Below are positions 12,165 through 28,075 of a DNA stretch of 64,000 nucleotides, one piece after another. Numbering within the stretch: the first letter of the stretch is position 1; every line of letters begins with the position of its first letter. Under the pieces are notes generated by a model. That model was not told where the DNA came from. It searched no databases and saw only the letters and a program-made list of their open reading frames with translations. This stretch comes from the human T2T-CHM13v2.0 reference genome, Homo sapiens. The stretch lies in the NCBI RefSeq assembly GCF_009914755.1, contig NC_060926.1. One strand, written 5' to 3'. A program made the position numbers and the translations under genes.

Positions 12165-14738
12165 CGTCTTCAAAGAGTTCATGGAAAATGCATGTTATAT
12201 ATAAAAAAAACTGCATGGATGTCAACATTTTTTGGACTGCAATAAATTATACTAACATGTTATGTCTAAATAGGATCTAGTTTAAGGCACTAAGAAGGTT
12301 AAAGTATCAGTTTGAAAAGAGTCCCTATTAGAGCAAAATGATTTCTGCTAAAATTGAAGCAAGAACAAACATCAGATTTATGGTGAAGAGGGCTGGAAGA
12401 ATGGTGAAATTACTGATGCTTTACAAAAAGTTAAAGGGAACCATCCCTTCCCCCCACCAAAATCAGCAGTTTCCAAATGGATAACTCATTTTCAGAAGGG
12501 ATGAGATGATGTTGAAGATGTACACTATCCACATCAATTTGAGATGAATTAATCTTATTAATGTCCTAATTGAGGAGGACTAATGATTAACAGCAGAAAC
12601 AGTAGTCAGCATTATAACATCTCAATTGATTCAGCTTATACAATTCTGAATGAAAAATTAAAGTTGAGCAAACTTTCCACTTGATGAATGCCACAACAAT
12701 GCACCCAGATCAGTGGCAGACAAGAGCACAGCTTTCAATGGAAACTTCAGTCAAGTGGGACTGTTATGGGATCTTTGGGGTGTTGCTTTTCTGGCCAGAA
12801 ACTTCTGTGGCTGGTGGCACCTTTGCCCAAGGTCTTGTCCTGTGTCCAGGAATGAGGTATGTAGACAAGTGGGAGGTGAACAAGATGAAGAGAAGCTTTG
12901 TTGAGTGTTACAACAGCTCAGAGGAGAAACGCAGTGGGTAGCTCCTCTCTAGTCATCTCATCCAGTGTTGGGCTCTCAGCAGAAAGGAGGCCCTTGAGAG
13001 GATAGCTCCTCTCTGCAACTGGTCCTCCCGATGTCTCTCCAGCCCTCCTCCACCCTGCTCCCGCTGAGCCCAGGGCTTTTATGGACCACGGAGGTGGGGT
13101 AGAAGTGCATGCTGATTGGTCCATGGGCAGCTGCCCCGGACCTGCTGATTGGTTCATTGGTCACCTGCTCCAGGGGCCTGAAGGTGGGGCTTCGCTGGGG
13201 ACCCACCCCCTTTTGCCCAGGAGCCTGTTTGCCTCCTGCAGTCATCCATGGCATTCAGGCTGCTGGCACCAAGGGACAACTTCAGGCCAGCACTCAGCTA
13301 CCCTCAGCCCCCCCATCAGCTTCCCCTCCAGTGCTCGTTGGTGCCCAAAGTTTGGAGGGGGCTGAGGCGGCAAGGGGCCGGCATGTCAGCACTGCCCCAA
13401 GTGTGTCCCCACCCAGCCAAACTGTCATATCACCTGGGGTTGGCCGGAACTGCACTCCGAAATTGGAGTGAGTGCCAGGAGTTGGGAGAGGCCAGGCAGT
13501 GGGAGCAGGCACCTCTGAGCCTGCAAGGGCAGGGGCGCCTTCCCAGGTCCCCCAAGAGTGCGGGAATGCCTGGGTCTGCAGTTCCAGTTTGGGCGACTTC
13601 ATCTGCCAGGGGTGTGGGCGGGGCTCCTGCCTGCTCCGTGTAGCAAGAGGCCGGGGTCTGGTCTGCAGCCACTGACTTGGGGGCTTGGGCGGCTGCAGTT
13701 TCACCTGGGGAGCTCCCACCCTGCCAGCTTGGAAAAGGCAGGGCTCCTGCTTGTCCCTGGCTCCCGGGGGCTCAAGGGAGCACAGCACCCGGCCACGCCC
13801 CCTCACAGCCTGGGGCTGGGGCTCCAGGTCCTTGCATCCAGGGCAGGGGCGACGTTGCGGTGAGCTTCCCCTGTGGCCCTGGTGTTCAGGGGTGGCCTGG
13901 AGCTCCCCCTTACCTGGTATGTGACCTAGCCCAGTCCCATTGTGGCGGCCCTCTGGGTGGCTGGCTAGGGGATGGGGGTGGTGCTCTCTGCCTCCTCCAT
14001 GTGCCCTCCCTGCAGTGGCCGGTGTGATGGCAGTGGCTGAACCAAACAACCCGCGGCTGCCATTGGGATAAAGATTCTAAAGGTTTTCTTTGAAAAACTG
14101 TAACAAGAAATGAAACATGGCTTTACCAGTACAATCCTGAAGATAAAGCATAATCAAAACAATAACCACCAAGGGGTGGAAGTGGTCCAGTCAAAGCAAA
14201 AATGGACCAGTCGTGAGCAAATGCTATGACAACAGTTTTTTTGGGGGATGCACAAGGCATTTTTGCTTGTTGACTTTATGGAGGGCCAAAGAACAAGAAC
14301 ACTGACTTATTATGATAGTGCTTTGACAAAGTTAGCCAAAGTTTTAACAGAAAAATGCACCAAAAAGCTTCACCAGAGTGGCAATGCTCCTGCTCATTTT
14401 TCTCATTAAATAAAGTCATTTTTGCAAGAGTTTCAACAGGAAATTATTAGACATCCACCTTACAGTTCTGATATGGCTCCTTCTGACTTCCTTTTGTTTC
14501 CTAATCTTAAGAAATCTGTAAAGAGAACCCATTTTTCTTGACTTAATAACGTGAAAAAGACGTCATTTACGTGATTAAAATCCCAGGACCCTAAGTTCTT
14601 TAGGTATGGACTAAATGTCTGGTCATTGTTTATGAAAATATCTTGACCTTGATGAAGTTTATGTTGAGAAATAAAGTTCATATACTATTTTTACCTTTTA
14701 ACCTCATTTTTCCACAAACTTTTTGAAGCCCCTTCATA
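12159..14738 (+). mobile_element. HSMAR2 mariner transposon, full length, decayed transposase, interrupted by MER52
   Basis: TIRs CGAGGCGTCTTCAAAGAGTTCATGGAAAA and TTTTCCACAAACTTTTTGAAGCCCCTTCATA. Transposase remnants VTRNETW (for VTGDETW, ~14100) and HPPYSSDMAPSD (for HPPYSPDLAPSD, ~14452-14487). Stops and indels are present. Confidence 0.93.
12762..14065 (-). mobile_element. MER52-family ERV1 solo LTR (GC-rich)
   Basis: TGTTATGGGATCTTTGGGGTGTTGCTTTTCTGGCCAGAAAC...CCCGCGGCTGCCATTG. 4-bp TSD GGAC/GGAT inside the HSMAR2 ORF. Confidence 0.9.
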
Positions 14739-15918
14739 TCTAGATATATAAGAAGAGATTGTTTTATGGGAATTGACTCAGGTAATTATGAAGGCCAAGA
14801 AGTCCCAGGATATGCTGTCTGCAAGCTGGAGAACTGGGAAAGCCAGTGATGTAATTGGTTGGGTGTGGCTGGAGGGAGATGCTAGTATAAGTCCTGGAAT
14901 CCCAAGGCTGGAGAACTTGGAATTCTGACACCCTAGGGCAGGAGAAGATAGGTGACCAAGCTCCAGAAGAGAGGAGAGTCAATTTTCCCTTCCTCTGAAT
15001 TTGCATTCTGTCTCAGCCCTCATGAATTGGATGATGCCTGCCCACACTGGTGATGGCAGATCTTGTTTACTCAGTCTAGTGATTCAATTGCTAATCTTTT
15101 CTGGAAACACTCTCACAGACATACTCAGATATAACATTTTATTAGGAATCCAGGTTTCTCTTAACCCAGTCAAGTTGGCAAAATTAACCATCACAAATAT
15201 CAAGTCAACCAATCAATTGTTTTTGAGTGGAGTGCTTTAATGTCTTATTTGAACAGCCGGAGCATTCAATCTTTATTTATTAGAGCAACTACCAATTGAT
15301 GCAGCAGAGTATAAGTTGTTCAAGTTTTAGTCTGAGTCCTTATTTGAAATAACAATTTTAGATACTCAGGCATACTCAGCTTGGTTCCAGAGAGACAATA
15401 GAAGGTAGACGTTAGAGCAAAGACTGGATTAGATTCGTGTGTGTTTGTTTTTAACCTGCCTTTATAATCTCCCCACTAAAGGCCCCTTCTCCTTTTAAGG
15501 GCCACTTCATATTTGCAGCTTTTATTTTTTTATTCTCTCTGCCAATTATTGTTTTTTAATTGGTGTATTTAGATTATGTACATTTAAATTTACTAGGGCT
15601 TAAATAAGCCGTTTTATTATTTGTTTTCTTTGTTGGTTTCTGTTTTATTTATCATTTATTCCTGTGAGATACTTGAATATTTTAAGGAATTTATTTTGAT
15701 TTATTTAACATATCTTTTAGTACATTGCTTGGTATAATTTTGTAATGGTTGCTCTTGGTATTACTATATATACAGATATACATATATTTCTCTGTATGTC
15801 TTATAGTCGATTGATATCAACATTTTATCACTTTGAGTGTAGCATGAAAGTCTCACTTCCATTTGGGTCACTTTACCATCCTCACTACTGAAATACCATT
15901 GTCTTGAGTTTCAGATGG

Positions 15919-16904
15919 TGTTATGGACTGAATGCTTGTGTTTCCCTCCAAATTCGTATGTTGAAGCCCTAACACCCAGTATGGCTATACAGTTGACCCT
16001 TGAAGAACATGAGTTTGAACCACCTGGGTCCATTTACATGCAGATTTTTTTCAATAAATATTTTTAAAGGTTTTTGGGAGATTTTCAAAAATTTGAAAAA
16101 AAAGCAGATAAATCCCATAGCCTAAAACTATTAAAAATTTAAGAAAAAAATGTGTCATGAATGTATAAAGTCTATATAGATAGTAGTATATTTTATTATT
16201 TATTACCATAAAGTACCCCAAGACAGCAAGACCAACTCCTCCTCTTTCTCTTCTTTCTCAGCCTACTCAATGTGAAGATGACAAAAATGAATACTTTTAT
16301 AATTCACTTCCACTTAATAAACAGTAAATATATTTGCACTTTCTTATATTTTTCTTAGTAACATTTTGTTTTCTCTAGCTTACTTTACTGTAACACATAT
16401 AGTATATAATGTATATAACATACAAAATACAAACTAATCACTCTTTATGTTACTGGTAAGGATTTGGGCCAGTAGTAGGTTCTTAGGAGTTAACTTTTTG
16501 GGGAGCCAAAAGTTATACATGGATTTTCAACTGCACCAGAGTTCTGGAAGCCCAGATATTATTCAAAGGTCACCTCTATTTGGAGATAGTGTCTATAATT
16601 AAGTTTATAATTGAGGTCATCAGGGCAGGGCCTCAATCTAAAAGGCTTAATGTCTTTACAAAGAAAGACACCAATGAGTGCTTCCTCTTCCTCTGCAAGT
16701 ACACACCTTTGAAAGGCAAAATGAGGACAGAGGGAGAAGTTGGCCATTGGCAAGCCAGGAAGAGAATCCTCACCAAAAAACTGAACCTTGCCAGAAACTT
16801 AATCTTGAATTTTCCAGTCATCAGAACTGTGAGAAAATAAATTCCAGTTGTTTAAGTCATCTAGTCTATGGTATTTTTTATGGCAGCCTGAGCTGATGAG
16901 TACA
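15919..16904 (+). mobile_element. MLT1A/B-type MaLR LTR split by Tigger2-like element
   Basis: TGTTATGGACTGAATGCTTGTGTTTCCCTCCAAATTCGTATGTTGAAG...CAGAACTGTGAGAAAATAAATT...GGCAGCCTGAGCTGATGAGTACA. Confidence 0.85.
15990..16576. mobile_element. Tigger2-family non-autonomous DNA transposon
   Basis: TIRs CAGTTGACCCTTGAAGAAC and ATTATTCAAAGGTCACCTC, flanked by TA. Internal GACAGCAAGACCAACTCCTCCTC...CAGCCTACTCAATGTGAAGATGAC. Confidence 0.88.
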
Positions 16905-16983
16905 GATTCATTATGATTTTTGTTTAATTCCTCAAATAAGATTGAGAAAACTCATCAAGAGAATAGTCTATTGTGACTAGCAA

Positions 16984-17350
16984 TGTATTAGTCCATTTTC
17001 ACACTGCTATAAAGAACTTCCTGAGACTGAGTAATTTATGAAGAAGAGATGTTTAATTGACTCACAGTTTTACATGTCTGGGGGAGCCTCAGGAAACTTA
17101 CAATCATGACATAAGGCTAAGGGGAAGCAAGGCACATCTCACATGGTGGCAGGAGAGAGAGAGAGCAAGGGGGGAAATGCCACACTTTAAAACCATCAGA
17201 TCTCATGAGAACTCACTTATTATCATGAGAATGGCAAGGGAGATATCTGCCTCCATAATCCAATCACCTCCTACCAGGCCCTTCCTCTGACATGCAGGGA
17301 TTACAATTTGAGATGAGATTTGGGTGGGGACACAGAGCCAAACCATATCA
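16984..17350 (-). mobile_element. MSTA-type MaLR solo LTR
   Basis: TGTATTAGTCCATTTTCACACTGCTATAAAGAAC...GGGGACACAGAGCCAAACCATATCA. 5-bp TSD AGCAA. Confidence 0.92.
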
Positions 17351-20300
17351 AGCAATATTTCGGTTATTTTCATTACTATTTTTTCTCATTTCTCATATTT
17401 GACTATTTTGACACTCTAAGATTTCTCTTTTTTATCATTTTAAAGAATTTTCTTTAGTCTTTCTGTAAGGGTACGTCTGTTAAGTGACAAATTATTTTAC
17501 CTTTTCTTCATATGAGAAAGCATTTATTCTCCCTTCATTCTTGAAAAATAGTTTTGCCAGTTATAGAATTTACAGTTGGCAGTTCTTTTCTTTCAGTACT
17601 TGAAAAACATTGTGCCATTTCCTTCTGTCCTTCATTGTTTCAGATGAAAAATCTACTGTCATCCTGATTTGTATTTCTCTATAGATAATGCTTTACTTCC
17701 GTCTGGCTGCTTTCAAGCTAATGTCTTTGATTTCAGTGTTCAGAAATTTAACTACAATGTGTCTTAGCATGGATTTTTTTAAGGCTTATCTTACTTAAGT
17801 TTCTCTCAGCTTATTAAATTCTTAGATATATATCTTTCTTCAAATTTGGGAAGTTTTTAGCCTTTATTCCTTCCAATATAGGACCTCTAATAATAGGATA
17901 TTGGATTTTTAGTTATCGCATGGATTAAACAGTTCTGCATTAAAATTCTGTTTAAGCCATTTAGTAGCTAGATTGTCTGAGTGAAATTAATCTCCTTTAG
18001 CTATATTTTATTTTATTTTTTTCAATGAAATGGAATATGATGCCAGCCTATATTGGACTTTTGTTGTTTTGATTAGCAACTCTCCCATCTCTGATCCTAT
18101 ATGCATAGGCACAAATCATTTTCTTTGAAAATGCCAATAATGTTACTATTTATTCATCTCTGACTCTTGATTAATTTGAATTTTCTGTAGGATAATTGCT
18201 GTTAATAGAGAAAAAAAATCTCGATCCCTAGTGTAAACATGGGTCTTTCATGGTTTTTATTAAACTAAGGCTAAAGCCACCAACAGTGACTGTGACAAGC
18301 AGGCCTGATGACAGTAATGCTAATTAATCTCCATATGCCTGAGCATCTGGTTTTAGGAAACTGAACAGAAAACACTCAGCACTAGCTCAGCATCCTGGGT
18401 GTTCATTGATTGATGAATATTGAATATGCGCGTTAGTCATCAGAATGTCCAAATGGAAGAGCACATTGAAGCCAGTGATCTGGCAGTGTTGACAAACCTA
18501 TTCTTTGACCCTTCATTCACCCCGTTCTTCAGACCTCAATTGAGACCCTGTTGATGGACTGCTGCAGGGTCTGACTTCAGCAGAGAAGAGAGAGAGAAGA
18601 AACTTCTCCCTTGTCTCTGCCTGAAGGATAGCAGGTAACATGGTTTGCTTGTTCCTTGCAGTCACTCATATTGTGGCTCTGGCTGACCCCTTTTACTATT
18701 TTCCCTGTCTGAGTGTTTCTTCCCCTGCGCTAACCTATTCCAAGTACTCAGTGCTCTGTTCTCTACATCACAGCCCAGGAGAAGATTTTTCTCTTATTGA
18801 GTTAATATTATAATCTCTCTCCCAAGAGGATTTTCAACCTTGAATATTGGATCTCACTGGGAATAAACAGATCTGTGCCCTGGGGCCCTGAGATACTTGA
18901 TGCTCTCAATTTCTGCCCTGAATTCCACCCCATTCCCTGACAATATATGCCCAGGACTTATAAACATTTAATTACTTTTCCTCCTTTGGTTATCCTATAA
19001 ATAATGAAATTACACAAGATCTTTCAAAATACTTAAGTGACATTTTGTTATTACACACTTAGGGTGAATACATTTACATCAATTAGATAATTATCAGGAT
19101 AATTGGCCCCCAATCTAGCAACATTTTATTTTTTATTTTTAAAGGCTAATGTTTACAGGGAGAAGGTATTTTTTTCAATCAAAATGGGTTCTTCTGGGAC
19201 AGCTTATGACGCTAGATTACAGACTGAAAATGTACTTACATCCTTCTGCAATGAGGACAGAAAAACTGAGATCTACAGAATTAAACAATAATTTTATTAC
19301 ACAAAATCTGTGCTTGAGTTATTGACACTCGATTTCCCTGATTACTCAGTTAATGAAGTCAGTGAATGCACTGTGCTTTGCAGTAGCATCAGCAGCAACT
19401 AAATTAGCATTTTAGGGAGATGTTTACGTGTATTGTTGATTTCAGGAAAAAGAGTTGACTGATATGGGTAGCTGCTTAGGGGGAATAGTTTGCACCCAAA
19501 TAGGAATGAAACGTAAGACTCAGCAGCTGTTATACCATCTTCTTAGTACCTGGAATGTGGTGTGATGTTGTCACCTGCTTTTCTACCAGGGAAGTCTAAA
19601 CTATAGTCACAGCATTCTATAGCAACATGGCAGCATTTATTCTCAGGAAGGTGTTTAGTCACTGGTCTCTCATATGTCCTACTAATCAGTTAAAAATATA
19701 CAATAAAATGGCCAATAAAAATAACTTTCTTATTATGGAATAATTAAAAAAATTGAAATCACTTTGTATGCATTTCACAATTATTCCAGCTAATTTTGAT
19801 ATTGGGGAAAGCAAAAAACAAGGATAACAAATAGGGTCTCTTATTTTTAGAGGGCAAATGTCCCAGCTGCAGTCTTTCTGGAAGACATCTACTCTCTGCC
19901 TTTTTCTACATTTTAATGTGGCTGAACTACAATAGGAAGCAGACAGAAGCAAATTCCAATTATGAGTGTCCCCACATAGCTTGTGTGCCTTTGGGTAAAT
20001 TATCTCGGGTAAGTTATTGAAGCACAATGTATCTTGGTTTCTCTTTCTTTAGAATGGGGATACATATACCTGCTTCATAAAGTCAAATCAAAAACATATG
20101 CAATCATTTGGTTGTGTTTTCAACATTCTAAAGTACCATATTTTATATGACAGTCTCAGAATTTATTAATTTACAAGAGGATGGAGAAGGCAGAAAAAGG
20201 ACTTTATATAGATAAACTTTATAGATTGACTATAAAGATACTTCTGATTTAAAAAACATGAAAATGTGAAAGGAAAATCTTATGCCTTAGGTTTGAGAAA

Positions 20301-21144
20301 ATACCATAGTGGCTGCTAGAGAAATAACTACTTTCCTACTCCTTGAATATTCAGAGAGCAGACAGAACAGTCCAACAAATATTCAAGGAGACTGGAATTT
20401 CTTGATATTTATTTAGAAGATACTTTATTTGTAGTATGAGTATATAAAATCCAACATACACAGATCAAAGAATCCTAACCTGAGATGTGTGAGCATATCA
20501 CATGGCTTTTATTTCTTATGCTAAGCTTACAAATAAAACGAGACAGCCCCCAGGTTCTGTTTTGTAACCCAGACTCAATCAGTTTTGTTTTTTTGGGGAA
20601 ATAGAGGATGCTGCAAAAATTATCTTTATTTGACTATAAAAAGAACATTTCTAGCACAATAAAAAATGGTAAACCCAGAATAATTGGTTATGTATAATCA
20701 TTGTGAAGCCTATTTCTATTTTTATCAAAGTGAGGCGTGAGGTTTTGGATGTGTTTATGTTGTTTTTGGTTTTGGCAGGAGAAGAGGAAGTTGGGAGAGT
20801 TTTGAGAGAATAGTGTTGCTCTATAATTGTAAAATTATTTTTTTTTTCATAATATAGCAATGCTAATTTACTTCGCTCACACCCACTGATTACAGCCAAA
20901 GAGCTCAGCCTGGTCAGTGCTGTGGAGAGTAGATTTAGAAACATGGGAGATGGGTAGAAATTTGGGCCTTTTGGAGATAGAGAGATGGGAAAATTATATA
21001 TTTATATGAATAAATACTTTATATATTATATATAATAAATACTAATATATTTATATATAAGTTATACAGAAACATACTGCTAGAAATATAGATACAATGG
21101 TAGATAGATATCAGACAATACAAAAGCCTTCTTTCTTGGGAAGC

Positions 21145-21506
21145 TGTATTAGTCTATTCTCACACTGCTATTAAAGACATATCTGAGACTGGGTAATTTT
21201 CAAAGGAAAGAAGTTTAATTGACTTACAGTTCCACATGGCTGGGGAGGCCTCATAATCATGGCAGAAGGCAAAGGAAGAACAAAGTCACATCTTACATGG
21301 CAGCAGGCAAGAGGGCATGTGCAGGGGAGCTCCCCTTTATAAAACCATCATATCTCCTGAGACTTATTCACTATCCAAGAACAGCACAGGAAAGACTCAC
21401 CCCCATGATTCAATTACCTCCCACTTGTCCCACCTGTGACATGTGGGGATTATGGGAGTTACAATTCAAGATGAGATTTGGGTAGGGACACAGCCAAACC
21501 CTATCG
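21145..21506 (-). mobile_element. THE1B/C solo LTR
   Basis: TGTATTAGTCTATTCTCACACTGCT...GGGACACAGCCAAACCCTATCG. 5-bp TSD GAAGC. Confidence 0.93.
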
Positions 21507-21738
21507 GAAGCCTAAAAACTTGACCCTGTAGGGGGTTACTTTTAACCCCACCCTCCAGAACTTATAGTATCTCTAAGATACTTTGACCTCTAGCCTGAGA
21601 CTTGTTTCATTAATCCAAGCCACGCTGAGCATCTTGCCTGGTCTAGGCCCACCCCTTAACAAAGCTGTCACTGCTTTTGGACTCCTCTTCTGTAATCAAG
21701 CTCTTATGTCTTCAATTTCCGAGTTCCTGGAAGGCTAA

Positions 21739-22034
<296 letters not shown>

Positions 22035-24730
22035 AAAGTACAACTTTTTAATACAAGATTTTAGTTCTCTTTCTCATTAACAAATAAGTGCAAATAGTAA
22101 AAACCTATTATTGAACACCTGCTATGTTCTAGGCAAGCAGTTTAGTTAATTACCTAATGCAGTTTTTGCCCCAGTTTTAGGAGAAAGTTATTATTGTCTT
22201 TCAATTAAGCACACTAAGATTAATTGAATAATGTAATAGCAATAGTGTTGTATCATGGACATTAGTTTTTTGTTGGTGAGGGCTGAGGGAGCTGGTCAGG
22301 GGAGATCACTTCAGATGATTTAGTTCACTGATTCATTTTTACAGAGCAAGAAAATAAGTCTCAGAAACAGCAAGTGATTTGACCACGGTCTTGCTGCAAT
22401 GTGTGTTGGAGCTGGGAACAGAACTCAGGTCTTCTGACTACCAGTCCGTGGTCCTTTGTGTGAAATCAGCCTCCTTCGGGAAATAGAATGACAAGTTGGT
22501 TGTAGAGTGGCCAGCTGTAACTGCTAATATTCCAATAATGTTATTGAGACTCCCTGCAAGCTGGACCAAAAAAGGGAGAAAGGCTTTGGGGAGCTGTGCT
22601 TATCCTTCCTGGATTTAGAGAGCCCGTCTTTGTCTTGGCACTTGGGCCCCTTCTCTCCTTTCAGGCCCCTCTGTTAGACAGAGGCCTGCTTACATCTCCC
22701 AGAAATAAGCAATGATTAGCTCAGCTACAGGATAAGAAATAGGGCATTTGTGAAAGCACATTAAATAAAGGGCATACAGAGCAAAGTTAAAAATTAGGAA
22801 AATACTTTCCTCTTCAGTGCCAGTCTCACCTCTTACCTCCCACGCCCTAGCATCAGCTTAGCCCGCATTAATTTTAAGACCCCAAATAAGAAGGTGCAAG
22901 TGCTAGATTCCGGGCATAATGTCCTCAAACACCCTCACTCCCACCCATTCCCAAGGCACTCAGGGCTCTCTTCTATGCTGCCTTCTTGATAGGGTCTGCA
23001 GGGTCTGCTCTCTGTCCCTGTGCTCAGTCTGGTGTCTGCACTTACTCCCTTCTACAAAACCTTCTCGTTCATGGAGCATGCATGAAAAACCAAGTTTGTT
23101 TTTTTCTTTCTTTTCAGCTCTTTAGTCTTCCAAGATTAGAGGTGGGTTTATAAGGGACAGGGTGAGAGCTGTGAAGGTAGTAAGGTAGAGAAGTCAGGTG
23201 GGAGTTGTCATATAAGTGGAGGGAAACAAAACACTTTAATCTTATTTCCTCTGTGACTCCGTGGCCTAACCTGGGTGCATTCATTAGCACACTTCTAATT
23301 CACTGATACTCTCTTTGTGTTCAGTCTAGAGTTCATCCCATTTACTGAGTTGTCTTTACATACATATTTTTATTTCCCTAATTTATCTGTATGTTCTTGT
23401 TTTATTTCTGCCTTTCATTCTTTCATACTTCTTACTCTGTTTCAGTGGACATTCTAAACCTATTTATTTTATAGTATTACTTAGATTGTTCCACAAAATG
23501 TACTATCTCTGGAGTAATCAATGTTCCAATTGTTGATATTTGCCTATCTTTTATACATTTAAATTTTTTTACATTGTTTTAGAATTTTGATTTGTGAGCT
23601 AATTTTGGTAGGAATATATATATATTCTCCTTTTTTTAGTGCTCAATTCTCACTTCCTAGCAATTTTACATTTGCTTCTACTGAGTCTTTAGTCCTGTAG
23701 TCCAGTCTGAGCTGCCATTTTAGTGACATAGAGGATATCACAGATGGTCATGTGTAAGAGGCTTGGTTCACTTCCTGATCACCAGGTAGCTTGCATAAAG
23801 GTATATCCTTGCCTGTAGTTGGCAGCAGTTTTCTCAGCCTCCTTCTGTGAGTGGGGAAACCTCAATGGAATCTCTGATCTCAAGCAGTAGGGCTGGCTCA
23901 TGTTCCCCTTCTGAGTGGAGCACCTGAGGGCATTCATGTTATAGATTTTTTTTAACCCATCCCAGACTCTGTGGCCTGGCCTAGCTCTCAGGTTATGTAA
24001 AGCACAAAATTAACTTTTTACATAAAATAGAGATAATATCTACCTTCAGAATCACAATGAGTCAATGAAACATGTAAAGCAGCACATACAGAGTGGGACA
24101 AGTAGCAAGCCCTCTACAAAAGCTTGCCGTCATTGGGAGAAATTATCCAGAGGACTCCTCACTCCTTATTCAAAAGAGCAAGTGCATGGGAGATAAGATT
24201 AGCTGGCTTTTTTTGGTGACAAGACGTCACAACACATTTACCCACACGTAAATGGAGAAACCAACAGAAGTGGACTTCAGCGTATAAAGTAAGAGAAAAA
24301 AATCAACTTTCTGTGTCACTCAAGATTCTTAGACCTCAGATTGGTAAAAAAGAAAAAGCAAAAAAAGAAAGAAGATGTGCTCATTAAGTATATGGTACAA
24401 ACCAAGAGAAGATCTCTTTGCTAGAGTGATATACTGGTAGCCCAAGACCACGGTACGTGCAACATTTTGACAGCCCTGACCAGTGTCTTCTGGTGGCCAC
24501 TTTAGATACTGAAATGTAGCACAGAGATAATGTGAATGTAGTTTTATGGGCACAGGCAAATCACAGAAACAAAGTGATGTATAGCTAACACAGGAAATGA
24601 ATTATGTGGCCAACACACAGAAAGTGTTAGATTTTGTTCATGCAAGGGACAAATCTTAATTTTTCCAAAATTGTATTTTGATTCCTGACTTTCCTATTAC
24701 TCCAACTAAAATACTTCCTATTCAGTTCTA

Positions 24731-25030
<300 letters not shown>

Positions 25031-25316
25031 CTATGGCTATGTTCCTGGCCTGGAGCGTATTTTACTTTCTATTCCTCACTATAAAACACTTTCTATTCTT
25101 AAAGGCCAGCTAAAGAGAATTTCTTTTGGGAACTCTTTCTCATTAATACCATCCATAAAGAACTGTCCTCCTCTGAGCTCCTGGATGCAGGAGTCTGTTG
25201 GTGTTCTCCAGCTTGTAGAGTCTGATAATCTTGATATTAATGAAGTTTATGCTTCAAGTCCCCTCACCTGCAGAGGTCCCTCTCCTGGTTCCAGGAGGGG
25301 TGCTAGCAATGAATTA

Positions 25317-25678
<362 letters not shown>

Positions 25679-26328
25679 ATCCTAGTGCCTCTATTATTTT
25701 CTGGCTACATGTGTTTTTATCACATCTTTGTGTAGAGTTTGTAAAATAATTTTACATGAGGAGAATAGCATATAATCCTCATTTTGTATGACTGAACAAC
25801 ATTTTTTTATTAGTTGATAACTGAATTGTATAAACCCAACTTCATATATACATGTATTTGCTGTTTGTAGGAATGCAATCAGGTAAAGCCATGAATCCTT
25901 TTCACTCTGACATCTCCTCTATCCTGGGTGGCATTGGAAGTGTTGGCTGAACGTCACCGGGTTTTGGCTGACGAAAAGTTGGGGATATGTTTAGTTTGGA
26001 TTTAGTGGGACATGTTTACATGGCTTACAGTATATTGGTGGTCATCCAGTGTAGCAACAGTTTCTAGAAACTCTCCCCTAATCAGTATGCTGAGTTACTT
26101 AGTTTCCTGGCACACTAGGCAGAGCCAGGCTTGCATTGTGACATGAGCTTGTCTGGAGGTGCCCGACATTGGTAGACAATAAAGAAAATTGCAAATGATG
26201 AAACCAGAAGTGAGTCAGTGGAAAATTTTTCCTTTAGCCAGATGTATGAAATTTCAAGTAAAGTTATCAGTTTACTTTGATGCCTTAGTCAAATGGGAAT
26301 TCTCTTCTGTCAAGAATGTTCCCAATAA

Positions 26329-28075
<1,747 letters not shown>

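Larger units (their letters stand above)
12071..15195 (-). mobile_element. MLT2B/C-type LTR split by HSMAR2 (pieces 12071-~12158 and 14739-15195)
   Basis: TGTCTTAGGGTT...AGAACCAATTAGATA on the left. GAAGTCCCAGGATATGCTGTCTGCAAGCTGGAGAAC...CAGTCAAGTTGGCAAAATTAACCATCACA on the right. Flanks AGTAT/AATAT form a near-TSD. Confidence 0.8.
15515..17900 (-). mobile_element. Old L1M (L1MC/MD/ME-type) fragment, interrupted by MLT1 and MSTA
   Basis: T-rich antisense L1M-like sequence (TTCTCCCTTCATTCTTGAAAAATAGTTTTGCCAG...TTCAGATGAAAAATCTACTGTC...CTGGCTGCTTTCAAG). Confidence 0.7.

Noticed and set aside
12918-14049. Cluster of long overlapping ORFs (up to 251 aa) in GC-rich DNA, resembling a gene or CpG island
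   Set aside because: It lies wholly inside the MER52 LTR. High GC content suppresses stop codons, and the peptides are low-complexity P/G/A-rich with no recognisable domain.
12159-14738. Potentially active or domesticated mariner transposase
   Set aside because: Stops, indels, a mutated catalytic motif and a 1.3-kb LTR insertion disrupt it.
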